Position numbers and translations under genes: made by a program
The notes under the pieces: model-generated
What the model was told of the DNA's origin: nothing
The model's input: the letters and a program-made list of their open reading frames with translations, nothing else
Databases searched by the model: none
Assembly (NCBI GenBank): GCA_034722055.1
Contig: JAYENL010000210.1
Span: 1 to 28,828, forward strand
Length of the DNA: 28,828 nt
From: Armatimonadota bacterium
Lineage (GTDB): Bacteria; Armatimonadota; Zipacnadia; Zipacnadales; UBA5352
Direction: 5' to 3'
Part shown: piece by piece, positions 1 through 8,537 of the stretch
Layout: the number at the start of each line of letters is the position of its first letter
Numbering within the stretch: the stretch's first letter is position 1

Positions 1-1252
1 TCCGGTCATCGGCCAGAGCGCCGGATACCTGGGCGAGAGGGGCATGTACAACATCTTCGCGGGCGTGGCACGCGGCACCATGGTGGAGATGGACGTCTCC
101 GACGTGGCGCTGAAGGGCGTCCGCTACACCGGCACCAGCGGCTCGGCCATCGAGGACCTGCAGACCACCATCGACATGACCGACCGCGGGGAGCTGGCCC
201 CCAATCGCGCGGTGGCGGCCATCGGCGGGATCGGCGCGGTCTGGGAGGGCCTCCGAGCGGTGAAGGAGGGCGACCTGACCGGCAAGGCGGTCATCTATCC
301 GCACGTGCGCGACCTCCCGCTGACGCCACTGGAGGAACTCGCGGACGTGGAGCCGGAGGTGGCGGAGCAGCTCGACCAGGCGGGGGCGTGGACCAAGGCG
401 GCCGAGGAGACGCTGCTGCGGCGACACGTCCGCGGCTGCCCCAGTCCTGCTCAGGGGCCGTGCAGACACCTGGAGGACCGGGTGGCGCTGGTCACCGGCG
501 GCGCGCAGGGGCTGGGGGAGGCGCTGGCCCTGCGGCTGGCGACGGAGGGCTGCGATGTGTGCATCGGCGATATCAACCTGGAGGGCGCCGAGGAGACGGC
601 CAGCAACGTGGCGACCCAGACCGGCCGGCGCACCATGGCGATGGACATGGATGTCACCAACGAGCAGTCGGTGGCGGCGGGCATCGAGCGGTGCGCGCGG
701 GAGCTGGGCGGTCTCGACATCGTGGTCAGCAACGCGGGCATCCTGATCTCGGGGGACACGCCGGACTTCGAGGTCGCCGACTGGCGGAAGGTCATGGAGG
801 TCAACCTGGTGGGCTACTTCATCGTTGCCAAGCACGCGGCCTCGAAGATGATGGAGTTGGGCGCCCCTGGCGCCATCATCCAGATCAACTCCAAGTCCGG
901 CAAGAAGGGCAGCTTCAAGAACTCCGCCTACGCCTCCAGCAAGTTCGGGGGGATCGGCCTCACCCAGAGCCTGGCGCTGGAGTTCGCGGAGCATGGCATC
1001 CGCGTGAACTCAGTGTGCCCGGGCAACCTGCTGGACTCGCCGCTGTGGGTGGACAGCCTCTACGCCCAGTACGCCGAGCGGTGGGGTATCACCGAGGACG
1101 AGGTGCGCCAGAGGTACGTGGAGCAGGTGCCCATGAGGCGGGGGTGCACCTACGAGGACGTCGGGAACGTGGTGGTCTTCTTGGCCTCGGACGCTGCCAG
1201 CTACATGACCGGGCAGGCGATCAACGTCACCGGCGGGCAGATCATGCACTGA
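1..1252 (+). CDS. 5'-truncated fusion: C-terminus of a zinc/MDR-type sugar-phosphate reductase (L-sorbose-1-P reductase SorE-like) joined to an SDR sorbitol-6-phosphate 2-dehydrogenase (SrlD/SorD-like)
   Basis: Frame is open from position 2. The N-part (NIFAG..GTSGS..IGG..GKAVIYP..LPLT..WTKAAEETLL) resembles the SorE C-terminus. The SDR part from ~475 has TGGAQGLG, NAG, NSKSGKKGS..YASSKFGG and PGNLLDSP..TGQAINVTGG, typical of SrlD. Confidence 0.8.
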   Translation, partial: PVIGQSAGYLGERGMYNIFAGVARGTMVEMDVSDVALKGVRYTGTSGSAIEDLQTTIDMTDRGELAPNRAVAAIGGIGAVWEGLRAVKEGDLTGKAVIYPHVRDLPLTPLEELADVEPEVAEQLDQAGAWTKAAEETLLRRHVRGCPSPAQGPCRHLEDRVALVTGGAQGLGEALALRLATEGCDVCIGDINLEGAEETASNVATQTGRRTMAMDMDVTNEQSVAAGIERCARELGGLDIVVSNAGILISGDTPDFEVADWRKVMEVNLVGYFIVAKHAASKMMELGAPGAIIQINSKSGKKGSFKNSAYASSKFGGIGLTQSLALEFAEHGIRVNSVCPGNLLDSPLWVDSLYAQYAERWGITEDEVRQRYVEQVPMRRGCTYEDVGNVVVFLASDAASYMTGQAINVTGGQIMH

Positions 1253-1277
1253 TTCAGCCGCGGGGGGTGGAGAAGCG

Positions 1278-2162
1278 ATGCGCTGCACCAGTTGTGGCAG
1301 AGAGCTACCCGAGGGTGCCACGTTCTGCCAGTACTGCGGGGAGCGGGCGCCGGTGCCGCGGCGGCTCGCGGAGATCATGGAGACCGCGAGGGCCGAGGGT
1401 ACGGTCGGCGGCGAGGACGTCCCGGAGGCTGCTGAGCCCGCGAAGGCGGCCAGTTCAGTCCCGGAGATTCCAGAGCCCGCCGAGATCGCCGGGGTCGCCG
1501 GCATGGAGATTCCGGGCACGGGGGCAGTCGCCCGCACCAGGAGACGCATGCAAGAGAGCGACGCGGAGCGCCTCCGCGAGATGAGCGAGCGGGAGGCGGC
1601 GGCCGCGATCCAGGACATCGATGAGGACCTGGCAGCGCTGCAGCGGGCGCATACCGTGCCCGAGACCGTAGGGGTTGAGGTCGAGACCAGGCCTCCGCCT
1701 CCTCCTCCCGACGAGCCTGCGTGGGAGGAGCGCGTGCGGGAGGAGACACAGAGGCGCGCCAGGGCTTACGGCATGAGGGTCGAGGAGGGGGATATCGGGG
1801 TGGAGGTTGCGGGCAGCAGAGCCTGCCTGGTGCTGCTGATCTTGGTCGGCCTCGCCCTGGTGCTGGCCTTCTTCCTGCGCGCCATCCGGGAGGACGCCCC
1901 CGGAGAGCCCTCCGCCTCGATCATGACGGTGCACACCGATGACGCGGCACGCCCGATCACTGTCCGCGGCCGCACAGCGGCAGATCACGATGACGCGGGA
2001 TATTCGCTTCGTGCACATCGACGGCCAGAGGCGCATGGACTACCTGGCGTCGGGCTGATGACAAGGGTGAGACGATGGCACGAGAGGTTCACATCGAGCT
2101 GGGCATCAACGGTGCGTTCATCACCCGGCGCTGGGAGCGGCCGGGCAACTGGATGCGCCTGA
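1278..2162 (+). CDS. Zinc-ribbon (CxxC..CxxC) protein with acidic/Pro-rich linker and single TM helix; true C-terminus uncertain
   Basis: Starts MRCTSCGRELPEGATFCQYCGE after a GGAG SD; hydrophobic segment CLVLLILVGLALVLAFFL. As translated it overlaps the next gene by 88 nt (see findings). Confidence 0.7.
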   Translation: MRCTSCGRELPEGATFCQYCGERAPVPRRLAEIMETARAEGTVGGEDVPEAAEPAKAASSVPEIPEPAEIAGVAGMEIPGTGAVARTRRRMQESDAERLREMSEREAAAAIQDIDEDLAALQRAHTVPETVGVEVETRPPPPPPDEPAWEERVREETQRRARAYGMRVEEGDIGVEVAGSRACLVLLILVGLALVLAFFLRAIREDAPGEPSASIMTVHTDDAARPITVRGRTAADHDDAGYSLRAHRRPEAHGLPGVGLMTRVRRWHERFTSSWASTVRSSPGAGSGRATGCA

Positions 2163-3073
2163 CGCGCGAGATGGGCTTCCGCAACCATGAGTTCTGCGCC
2201 GACGTGTTGGACCCGTTCTTCTCCGGGGATCCGGACTACCAGATGGAGACCGCAAGGCAGGTGCGCTCTGAGGCGCAGCGCTACGGGGTGACCATCACGG
2301 ACATCTACACCGGGGTTGCCACCCATCGCTTCCACGGGCTCTCCCACAGCCATCCCGCGGCGCGGCAGCGCATGAAGCAGTGGATACTGGACTGCTGCGA
2401 CATCGCGCTGGCCATGGGCACCGACCGGGTGGGCGGGCACTGGGACGCCATCCCGGTGGAGGTGATGGAGGACGAGCGCGCCTATCAGAGTGCGGTCGGG
2501 CGGGTGCAGAGCATCTTCCGGGAGCTCTCGCGCGCCGCCGCCCGCAAGGGGATCGGCGCCCTGTATGAGGAGCAGATGTACATCCCCAGCGAGGTGCCCT
2601 GGACGCTGCAGCAGGCGGAGGAGTTCATGCTGGCCGTCAACCGCGACAATGACCAGGGCTGCCCCGTTTATCTGACCCTCGACGTCGGCCACCAGGCCGG
2701 GATGCACTACGGGCTGGAGGGCCAGGACCTGGACTACGTGGCGTGGTGCCGGCGCTTTGGGGCCGTGGCGGAGATCGTTCACCTGCAGCAGACCACCCCC
2801 GACGCCAGCGCTCACTGGGCCTTCACAGAGGAGCTCAACGAGCTCGGACACGTGCAGATCCCGCCGATCCTGGAGGCGCTGGAGCAGGCTCACCGACAGT
2901 TCGAGGACTCGCGCTTCGCGGAGGTCATGGCTCCGGTCGATCACATCTACCTGATCGCGGAGATCATACCCGGCTCCACGAAGACCGAGGAGAAGCTGCT
3001 GGACGAGCTCAGACAATCATCGGAGTATCTGCACCAGTTCGTGCCCGAGGAGGGCATGGTGCTGGAGATCTGA
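2075..3073 (+). CDS. TIM-barrel (AP endonuclease 2/xylose isomerase-like) sugar-phosphate epimerase, EryC (D-erythrulose-1-P 3-epimerase)-like
   Basis: Metal-ligand pattern EQM..E, LDVGH, HLQQT and AEI. The segments H.HPAAR...W and HWAFTEELNELGHVQ parallel EryC as I recall it. Confidence 0.75.
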   Translation: MAREVHIELGINGAFITRRWERPGNWMRLTREMGFRNHEFCADVLDPFFSGDPDYQMETARQVRSEAQRYGVTITDIYTGVATHRFHGLSHSHPAARQRMKQWILDCCDIALAMGTDRVGGHWDAIPVEVMEDERAYQSAVGRVQSIFRELSRAAARKGIGALYEEQMYIPSEVPWTLQQAEEFMLAVNRDNDQGCPVYLTLDVGHQAGMHYGLEGQDLDYVAWCRRFGAVAEIVHLQQTTPDASAHWAFTEELNELGHVQIPPILEALEQAHRQFEDSRFAEVMAPVDHIYLIAEIIPGSTKTEEKLLDELRQSSEYLHQFVPEEGMVLEI

Positions 3074-3089
3074 GGCGGGAGGTGGCGGC

Positions 3090-5525
3090 GTGCGCACGCG
3101 AATGGTGCTGTCGGTCCTGGTGGCGATTCTGATGGCTGAGGCCGCGCCCCTCGCGCAGACTCCTCGCAGGCACGAGGAGCTTGTCACCCAGTCCGGCCAC
3201 GAGTACGCCATCACCATGGGCGGCACGCTCGACGGGCCCACCACGCGCGATCCCATCGGCTACCAGGCCTGGAGCCAGGGCTTCGAGCCGATGCGTTCGG
3301 TGCGCATCGAGAACGTGGGCGAGGCGCCGGTCGTGAATCCGTGGATCTTCACCGGCCAGCGCGGCCACTGGCGCACCTGCGCCGAGCTTGTCGAGCACGT
3401 CACCGCGCCCTACCAGAGCGAGCTGGATCAGGCGCTGGCGCTGTGGTGGTGGGAGACCCGGCACCGCTGGCACTACACCACCGGGGACTCGACCAACAAC
3501 GATCCCGTGAAGGTGTGGAACATCCTCGGCCACACCCTCTGCGGCAACGACGCGCACGTGCTGGCCGACTGCTGGCGGACCGCCGGGCTGCGCACCCACT
3601 ACCCGGCAATCCAGGGGCACTCCATCACCGAGGTCTTCGCGGTCGGCGACTGGCACCTGCTGGATGGCGACGAGAACATCATCACCCTGCTGCGCGACAA
3701 CGAGACCCCCGCGGCGGAGGAGGACATCCGCCGCGACCACGACCTTATGAAGCGCACCCACACCTACGGCATCCTTCGCGCCGACTCCCGCCAGACGGAC
3801 GAGTTCTCGGCCTCGCTCTACGCGCGTGACAACCAGCCTCCGATTGAGAACGATCTGAGCTCGCACATCGATCACGAGATGACCTTCACTCTCCGGCCCG
3901 GCGAGGCCCTCGTCTGGGCGTGGGATCGCCGCGGGAAGGTCTACGTCCCCTGGGAGGAGGGGAGCGCCGAGCGCGTCGTTGATATGATCTACAACGGCTG
4001 GTGGGAGTTCACGCCCCGGCTGACGATGGAGCGCCTCGCCGAGGATACCGAGAGTGTGGAGGGGCTGACCGCGGCCAACGGCGTGGTGCGGGCCGGGGCG
4101 GAGGGCGGGGAGCTGGTCTACCGCGTCGCTGCCCCCTACGCCATCGTCGGCGGCACGCTGTCCGTGGGCGCGCAGGGACAGGTGGAGGCCGCGTTGTCGT
4201 GGGACGGCGAGGAGTGGGTGCCGCTGGAGCTGTCCGAGGGGGAGCACGGGCGAGCGGCTGACCTCGACGAGCACTTCGCGCACGCCAAGGGTGCCATGAG
4301 GCTGGAGTACCTGGTGCGGCTGCGGCTGGAGCCCGACGCGGTGCTGCGCGTGGTGAGCGTGCGCAACGACCTGCAGATGGCGCCGCTGTGCATGCCCTAC
4401 CTGGAGCTGGGGGAGAACACGATCCGCTACGGGGACGAGAGCGACGGCCCGCGGCAGGTGCGGATCACGCACCAGTGGGTGGAGACTGACGAGAACCGCC
4501 CGCCGGCTGCGCCGGCCCGCCCCATCTTCCCCGCCGACGGCCAGGCCCTCAACCGCACGAAGTTCGTCTTCGAGTGGGCGGAGCCGCCGGACCCGGACGG
4601 GGATGAGATCGCCGACTACCAGTTCATCCTCTCCCAGCACAGGGACCTGCGCTGGCCGCTGTCGCCGAACTTCTTCAAGCTCATCTCCAGGACCGCCGAC
4701 AAGGGGACCGCGACCTACACCGTGCCCTACCGGGGCCTGCTGAATCCAGGCACGACCTACTACTGGCGGGTGCGGGCCCGCGATGGCCGCGGCGCGTGGG
4801 GGCCGTGGAGCGAGACGTGGACCTTCCGGCCCGGCGGACCGGGCATCCCGGTGCACCTGGCGCGGCGCGTGGACAAGCAGCGGCGCACCGTCACCATCTC
4901 GTGGCAGGACAGCTCATACGGCACCCGGCCGGTGCGCTACAAGGTCTACGGCTCCGACGAGAAGGGCTTCACGGTCTCGGACACGGAGTACGAGGTCTGG
5001 GTGGGCAATGAGGGCGAGCCGCAGGGCTGGCAGACATGGCCCGCCAACCTCGCGGCGGAGACGACCCAGCGGAGGCTCCAGGTGGTGGGCCCGGAGCTGG
5101 AGTTCGAGAACGCCAACCGGGCCTACTACCGCGTGGTGGCGGTGGACGCGGAGGGCGTGGAGAGCGGGCCGTCGGACTACATCGCGATGCCCCGGCCGCT
5201 GATCGTCACTGCGCCGGTCACAGAGGTCGCCGGCGGTGGCGAGTACCGCTATCAGCCGGAGACGATCTCCTCCCTGGGCGATCTGCGCTGCCGCAGCATC
5301 GAGGATGAGGGCTCCTACAACGCCAAGTTCTGGGACATCGAGCACCCGACATGGGAGCTGGCTGAGGCGCCGCGGTGGCTGAGCATCGACCCGGAGACCG
5401 GCGAGATTACCGGCACAGCGCCGGAGGAGCCGGGCGAGCACGAGGTCACCGTGAGGACGGTCATCGAGGGAGTCGGCGAGGACGTGCAGCAGTTCAAACT
5501 CACGGTAGGGCCGGCCGAGGGCTGA
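3090..5525 (+). CDS. Secreted multidomain protein: transglutaminase-like Cys-His-Asp domain, fibronectin type III-like domain(s), C-terminal putative Ig domain
   Basis: GTG start after GGAGG; signal peptide; LCGNDA..GHSITEVF..GDWHLLDGD; LNPGTTYYWRVRARD..WGPWSE; PRWLSIDPETGEITGT. Confidence 0.75.
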   Translation: MRTRMVLSVLVAILMAEAAPLAQTPRRHEELVTQSGHEYAITMGGTLDGPTTRDPIGYQAWSQGFEPMRSVRIENVGEAPVVNPWIFTGQRGHWRTCAELVEHVTAPYQSELDQALALWWWETRHRWHYTTGDSTNNDPVKVWNILGHTLCGNDAHVLADCWRTAGLRTHYPAIQGHSITEVFAVGDWHLLDGDENIITLLRDNETPAAEEDIRRDHDLMKRTHTYGILRADSRQTDEFSASLYARDNQPPIENDLSSHIDHEMTFTLRPGEALVWAWDRRGKVYVPWEEGSAERVVDMIYNGWWEFTPRLTMERLAEDTESVEGLTAANGVVRAGAEGGELVYRVAAPYAIVGGTLSVGAQGQVEAALSWDGEEWVPLELSEGEHGRAADLDEHFAHAKGAMRLEYLVRLRLEPDAVLRVVSVRNDLQMAPLCMPYLELGENTIRYGDESDGPRQVRITHQWVETDENRPPAAPARPIFPADGQALNRTKFVFEWAEPPDPDGDEIADYQFILSQHRDLRWPLSPNFFKLISRTADKGTATYTVPYRGLLNPGTTYYWRVRARDGRGAWGPWSETWTFRPGGPGIPVHLARRVDKQRRTVTISWQDSSYGTRPVRYKVYGSDEKGFTVSDTEYEVWVGNEGEPQGWQTWPANLAAETTQRRLQVVGPELEFENANRAYYRVVAVDAEGVESGPSDYIAMPRPLIVTAPVTEVAGGGEYRYQPETISSLGDLRCRSIEDEGSYNAKFWDIEHPTWELAEAPRWLSIDPETGEITGTAPEEPGEHEVTVRTVIEGVGEDVQQFKLTVGPAEG

Positions 5526-5632
5526 GGGCAGGTGCGAATGGCCTCACGATCGGTCCGAGGCCGGCCGCTTCATGGCCCAGCGAACGGCGCGGCTGCAGCG
5601 CCGCCGGATCCGCGGGTTCCTGACAGGTGGCG

Positions 5633-6058
5633 CTACTCCTCCGCCTGATCCTCGTCCGGGGGTTCGGGGATGCCCGGGATGTCGGGTACGTTGGGTATGT
5701 TGGGCGGGAGCTGCATCTCGTCCTCAGCCTCCGCGGACGGGGCCTCCACTTCCGCCTCGATGTCATCGGGGAGGAAGACGCCCGGGTAGGGCGACTGCCG
5801 GCCGGCCGGCTGCGCATCGCGACCCAGCACGTTCGCGCCGGTCGCCTGGTGCTGGGCGTCCACGATCTTGCGGCTGTACTCGAAGCCCTCCTGCATGCGC
5901 CGGTAGCGGCGGACCAGGATTACCGCCAGGACGATGGGGCTGACGTAGTAGATAAGCGCGTGGTACCAGCCGACATCAAAGCCGAGGAACAGGTGCGGCC
6001 ACCACGCCACGATAATGGCGATGATGATGATCCACTCGATGAGCTCGCCTCGCTCCAT
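5633..6058 (-). CDS. Small membrane protein (2 N-terminal TM helices, acidic Pro-rich tail)
   Basis: ATG at 6058, 4 nt after the upstream gene's stop; MERGELIEWIIIIAIIVAWWPH..ALIYYVSPIVLAVILVRR; GC-biased codons. Confidence 0.75.
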   Translation of the reverse strand: MERGELIEWIIIIAIIVAWWPHLFLGFDVGWYHALIYYVSPIVLAVILVRRYRRMQEGFEYSRKIVDAQHQATGANVLGRDAQPAGRQSPYPGVFLPDDIEAEVEAPSAEAEDEMQLPPNIPNVPDIPGIPEPPDEDQAEE

Positions 6059-6062
6059 GAAA

Positions 6063-7043
6063 TCACACTCCGGCGTCGCCGCTGGGCTCGAGCTGGCGAA
6101 TCGCCATGAGAGTCTCGTAGATGGAGAGCCGCAGGACCTCGTCGAGCGGGATGTCCGGGGCGTCCTCGGGCGGGCACAGTAGCGCCGTGTCCACGTTCCG
6201 CAGCGCCTCCGTCTCCCGGGGCGTCTCGGGGAGCAGGTTGCCGCCATGCCGGCGGCGGAACTCCGCCAGGCGCTTCTGCAGCTCTTTGGCGTCCTTCGCC
6301 AGCCGCTTAGTTCCCTCCTCGTGAGGCGTGGGCCGCTTGCTGCGCACCCGATCCAGCCACGTGGGCCGCTCGGGCTCAATGAGATAGCCCTGCGCGATGA
6401 GCGCGGACTCCACGTACTGGCGGATGTCACCGTAGACCCCGGAGCGCTCCCAGAATGTCATCTCCTGGCGCATGGTCTTCAGGGCCTGCTCGATGACGGC
6501 ATCGAGGGTCACCCACTGCCGGCTGTCCTCATCCTCGTCGCGCCCCCGGGAGCGCTTGCGCAGCAGCCCGAAGGCCACCGCCAGCGCGTCGCTGATCGGG
6601 GACTCGGGCATGGGCCCCACCTGGCAGAGCTGCAGCTCCCAGGTCTTCTGCGGGAAGGGGGGCATGAGAGTCGCCGGTCGGTCCACCACCCGCATCTCGA
6701 TGGAGCCCTGCTCGTGGAGATCGACGAGGCAGGCGTAGAGGATCTGCAGGGCCCAGTGCTGGGCGTCCAGCTCCTCCTCGGTCAGCGGCGCGTAGCAGCG
6801 CAGCCTGGGGCTGACCATCTTGCCCCCGGGCGGGGGGTCCACGAAGCGGTCGCCAAAAAGCACGATGAGCCCGTCGGGGCCCACGGGCCCGACCGGCTCC
6901 ACCGGCTCCCTGGGGATCTCCATCTCCTCCCGGGTCCCCTCGGCCTGCCCCGCCATCAGGGAGCTGACGAACCTGGCGCCGGCCCTGTAGATCAGGACTG
7001 CGGCGATGGCGAGCACGATGATGATGCCGATCTGAACAGCCAT
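6063..7043 (-). CDS. Hypothetical protein with N-terminal membrane anchor
   Basis: ATG at 7043 preceded by GGAG; MAVQIGIIIVLAIAAVLIYR hydrophobic anchor; long ORF with typical codon bias. Confidence 0.75.
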   Translation of the reverse strand: MAVQIGIIIVLAIAAVLIYRAGARFVSSLMAGQAEGTREEMEIPREPVEPVGPVGPDGLIVLFGDRFVDPPPGGKMVSPRLRCYAPLTEEELDAQHWALQILYACLVDLHEQGSIEMRVVDRPATLMPPFPQKTWELQLCQVGPMPESPISDALAVAFGLLRKRSRGRDEDEDSRQWVTLDAVIEQALKTMRQEMTFWERSGVYGDIRQYVESALIAQGYLIEPERPTWLDRVRSKRPTPHEEGTKRLAKDAKELQKRLAEFRRRHGGNLLPETPRETEALRNVDTALLCPPEDAPDIPLDEVLRLSIYETLMAIRQLEPSGDAGV

Positions 7044-7105
7044 GCAATCGCTCCGCGCGGCACGGCCTGATATGCTGATGACACCCGCAGCGCTGCCAAG
7101 AAGGC

Positions 7106-7897
7106 CTACTGTGCACTCGGCGCCGGCCACTGTGTCTGGGCGTAGGCGCTGTGATTGTGGATGGACTCGAAGCTCTCACAGGAGACGGAGAACCACTCCA
7201 CGTCCGGCACGGCCTTCAGGGCGATGACGCTGTCTCGTACAACGTCCTCCACGAACTTGGGGTTCTCGTAGGAGCGCTCGGTGATGAGCTTCTCGTCCTC
7301 CCGCTTGAGCATGGGATAGACCTGCTCACTTCCCTGATTCTCGAGAAGGGGGATAAGGTCCTCCAGCCAGATGATCTCCTCATCGCGGGCCCGCACGCTG
7401 GCGGTAATGATGGCCCGCTGGCTGTGGGCTTCCCGTTGGGAGATCTCCCGCGAACAGGGACACACAGTGATGACCGGCACCTCCACGCCCACCAGGAAGT
7501 CGAACTCGTCGGCAATATCGCTGGCGGTGAAGGAGCACTGGTAGTCGAGCTGGCAGGGAAGTCCGGTCGCGGGCGAGCGCTTGTCCAGGAAGTAGCGAAA
7601 GCCAAGGTCCAGGTGGGCGGCGTAGGCGTCGAAACGACTCCGGACCTCCCCCAGCATCTCGCGCATCTCGGGCATGGCCACGGCGTGCTTGGACCAGTGG
7701 GAGAGGATCTCCACGAACCGGCTCATGTGCGTGCCGCGCTCGTGCTGCGGCAGCTCCACTGAGGCCCGGAAGACCCCGGTCACTCGCGCGTGCCCACCCC
7801 CCTTCTCCCGAATCATAACCGGCAGGTGGATCTCCCGGACGCCCACCCGCTGGATTGTGATGCCACGCTCGTCCCTCTCCGCCGCAACGTCGCGCAT
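7106..7897 (-). CDS. folE2: GTP cyclohydrolase I type B (FolE2)
   Basis: IQRVGV, RGTHMSRF, TVCPCSREIS..AHSQR, LKREDEK..TE..YENPKFVEDVVRD and ESIHNHSAYA motifs. Confidence 0.95.
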   Translation of the reverse strand: MRDVAAERDERGITIQRVGVREIHLPVMIREKGGGHARVTGVFRASVELPQHERGTHMSRFVEILSHWSKHAVAMPEMREMLGEVRSRFDAYAAHLDLGFRYFLDKRSPATGLPCQLDYQCSFTASDIADEFDFLVGVEVPVITVCPCSREISQREAHSQRAIITASVRARDEEIIWLEDLIPLLENQGSEQVYPMLKREDEKLITERSYENPKFVEDVVRDSVIALKAVPDVEWFSVSCESFESIHNHSAYAQTQWPAPSAQ

Positions 7898-7934
7898 CCG
7901 ACCTGCTCCATCCCCCTGGGCTGTCGTTAGCAGT

Positions 7935-7963
7935 AGTATATACCATGCGCCTGCTGCACACAA
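7935..7963 (-). promoter_or_regulatory. Putative sigma70 promoter for folE2
   Basis: Minus strand TTGTGT-17 bp-TATACT, 37 nt upstream of the ATG, in a locally AT-rich patch. Confidence 0.55.
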
Positions 7964-8158
7964 GCGGCGCCGGCGCGGGGGTGCGAATCCCTACCGTGAG
8001 CGGAACGCGCGGCCGGGACACCCGCGCCCCGGAAGGTTGCGCTTCGCGCCCGTCGTCGTGCGGCCTGTCCAACGGAAACGGCTGCGGGCCTTTCGCACTC
8101 CGTCGTGCTTGACAGCCCTCCTCGGGACGGCTCCTCCGACGACGTTTGCCGTGCCGTT

Positions 8159-8420
8159 TGGAGGGGCGCGCCGCCATCCGCGCCCGGTCGTTGTTCGTTG
8201 TCGTTCGGGGTTCAGACGGGCAAACGGCGCACGGACAGGAGTGTCCGTGCCACGGACCGACGAGCAAGCATCAATACTTCATCCTGGGAAGCCGGCGCCC
8301 TCGCCGGCTTGTGGCGCGCAGCGCCACTCTACTCTTGGGGCACCTCAGTCAAAGGGTGCGGGCGAGGGCGCCCGGCGGCCCGTGCGCGGCCCTTCCCACA
8401 GCCTCGCCCGCGCTCCAGGA
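8159..8420. repeat. Cluster of REP-like GC-rich palindromes
   Basis: GGGCGCG/CGCGCCC (8164-8185); GCACGGACA-ggag-TGTCCGTGC (8229-8250); AAGCCGGCG-ccct-CGCCGGCTT (8289-8310); GTGGCGC-gca-GCGCCAC (8311-8327); GCGGGCGAGG..CCTCGCCCGC (8358-8411); TCCTGG..CCAGGA closing 8282-8420. Confidence 0.55.
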
Positions 8421-8537
8421 ACGGCGGACGACCGGGCATCCGCCGCCCGGCAGCATGTGGGCCGGAACGACCGGGGCCCTGAAGCGTCTAAACAACTGCA
8501 CGGCGCGCATTGCAGAGGTCCGAGGATGGTGAGGACG

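Noticed and set aside
7898..7970. Zur box or riboswitch upstream of folE2
   Set aside because: No convincing AT-rich palindrome, and the predicted 5' UTR is only ~30 nt.
7674..8525. Long N-terminal extension of the pcm ORF
   Set aside because: Overlaps folE2 and the palindrome cluster, is Arg/Pro-rich noise, and better starts with SD sequences exist at 8526 and 8538.
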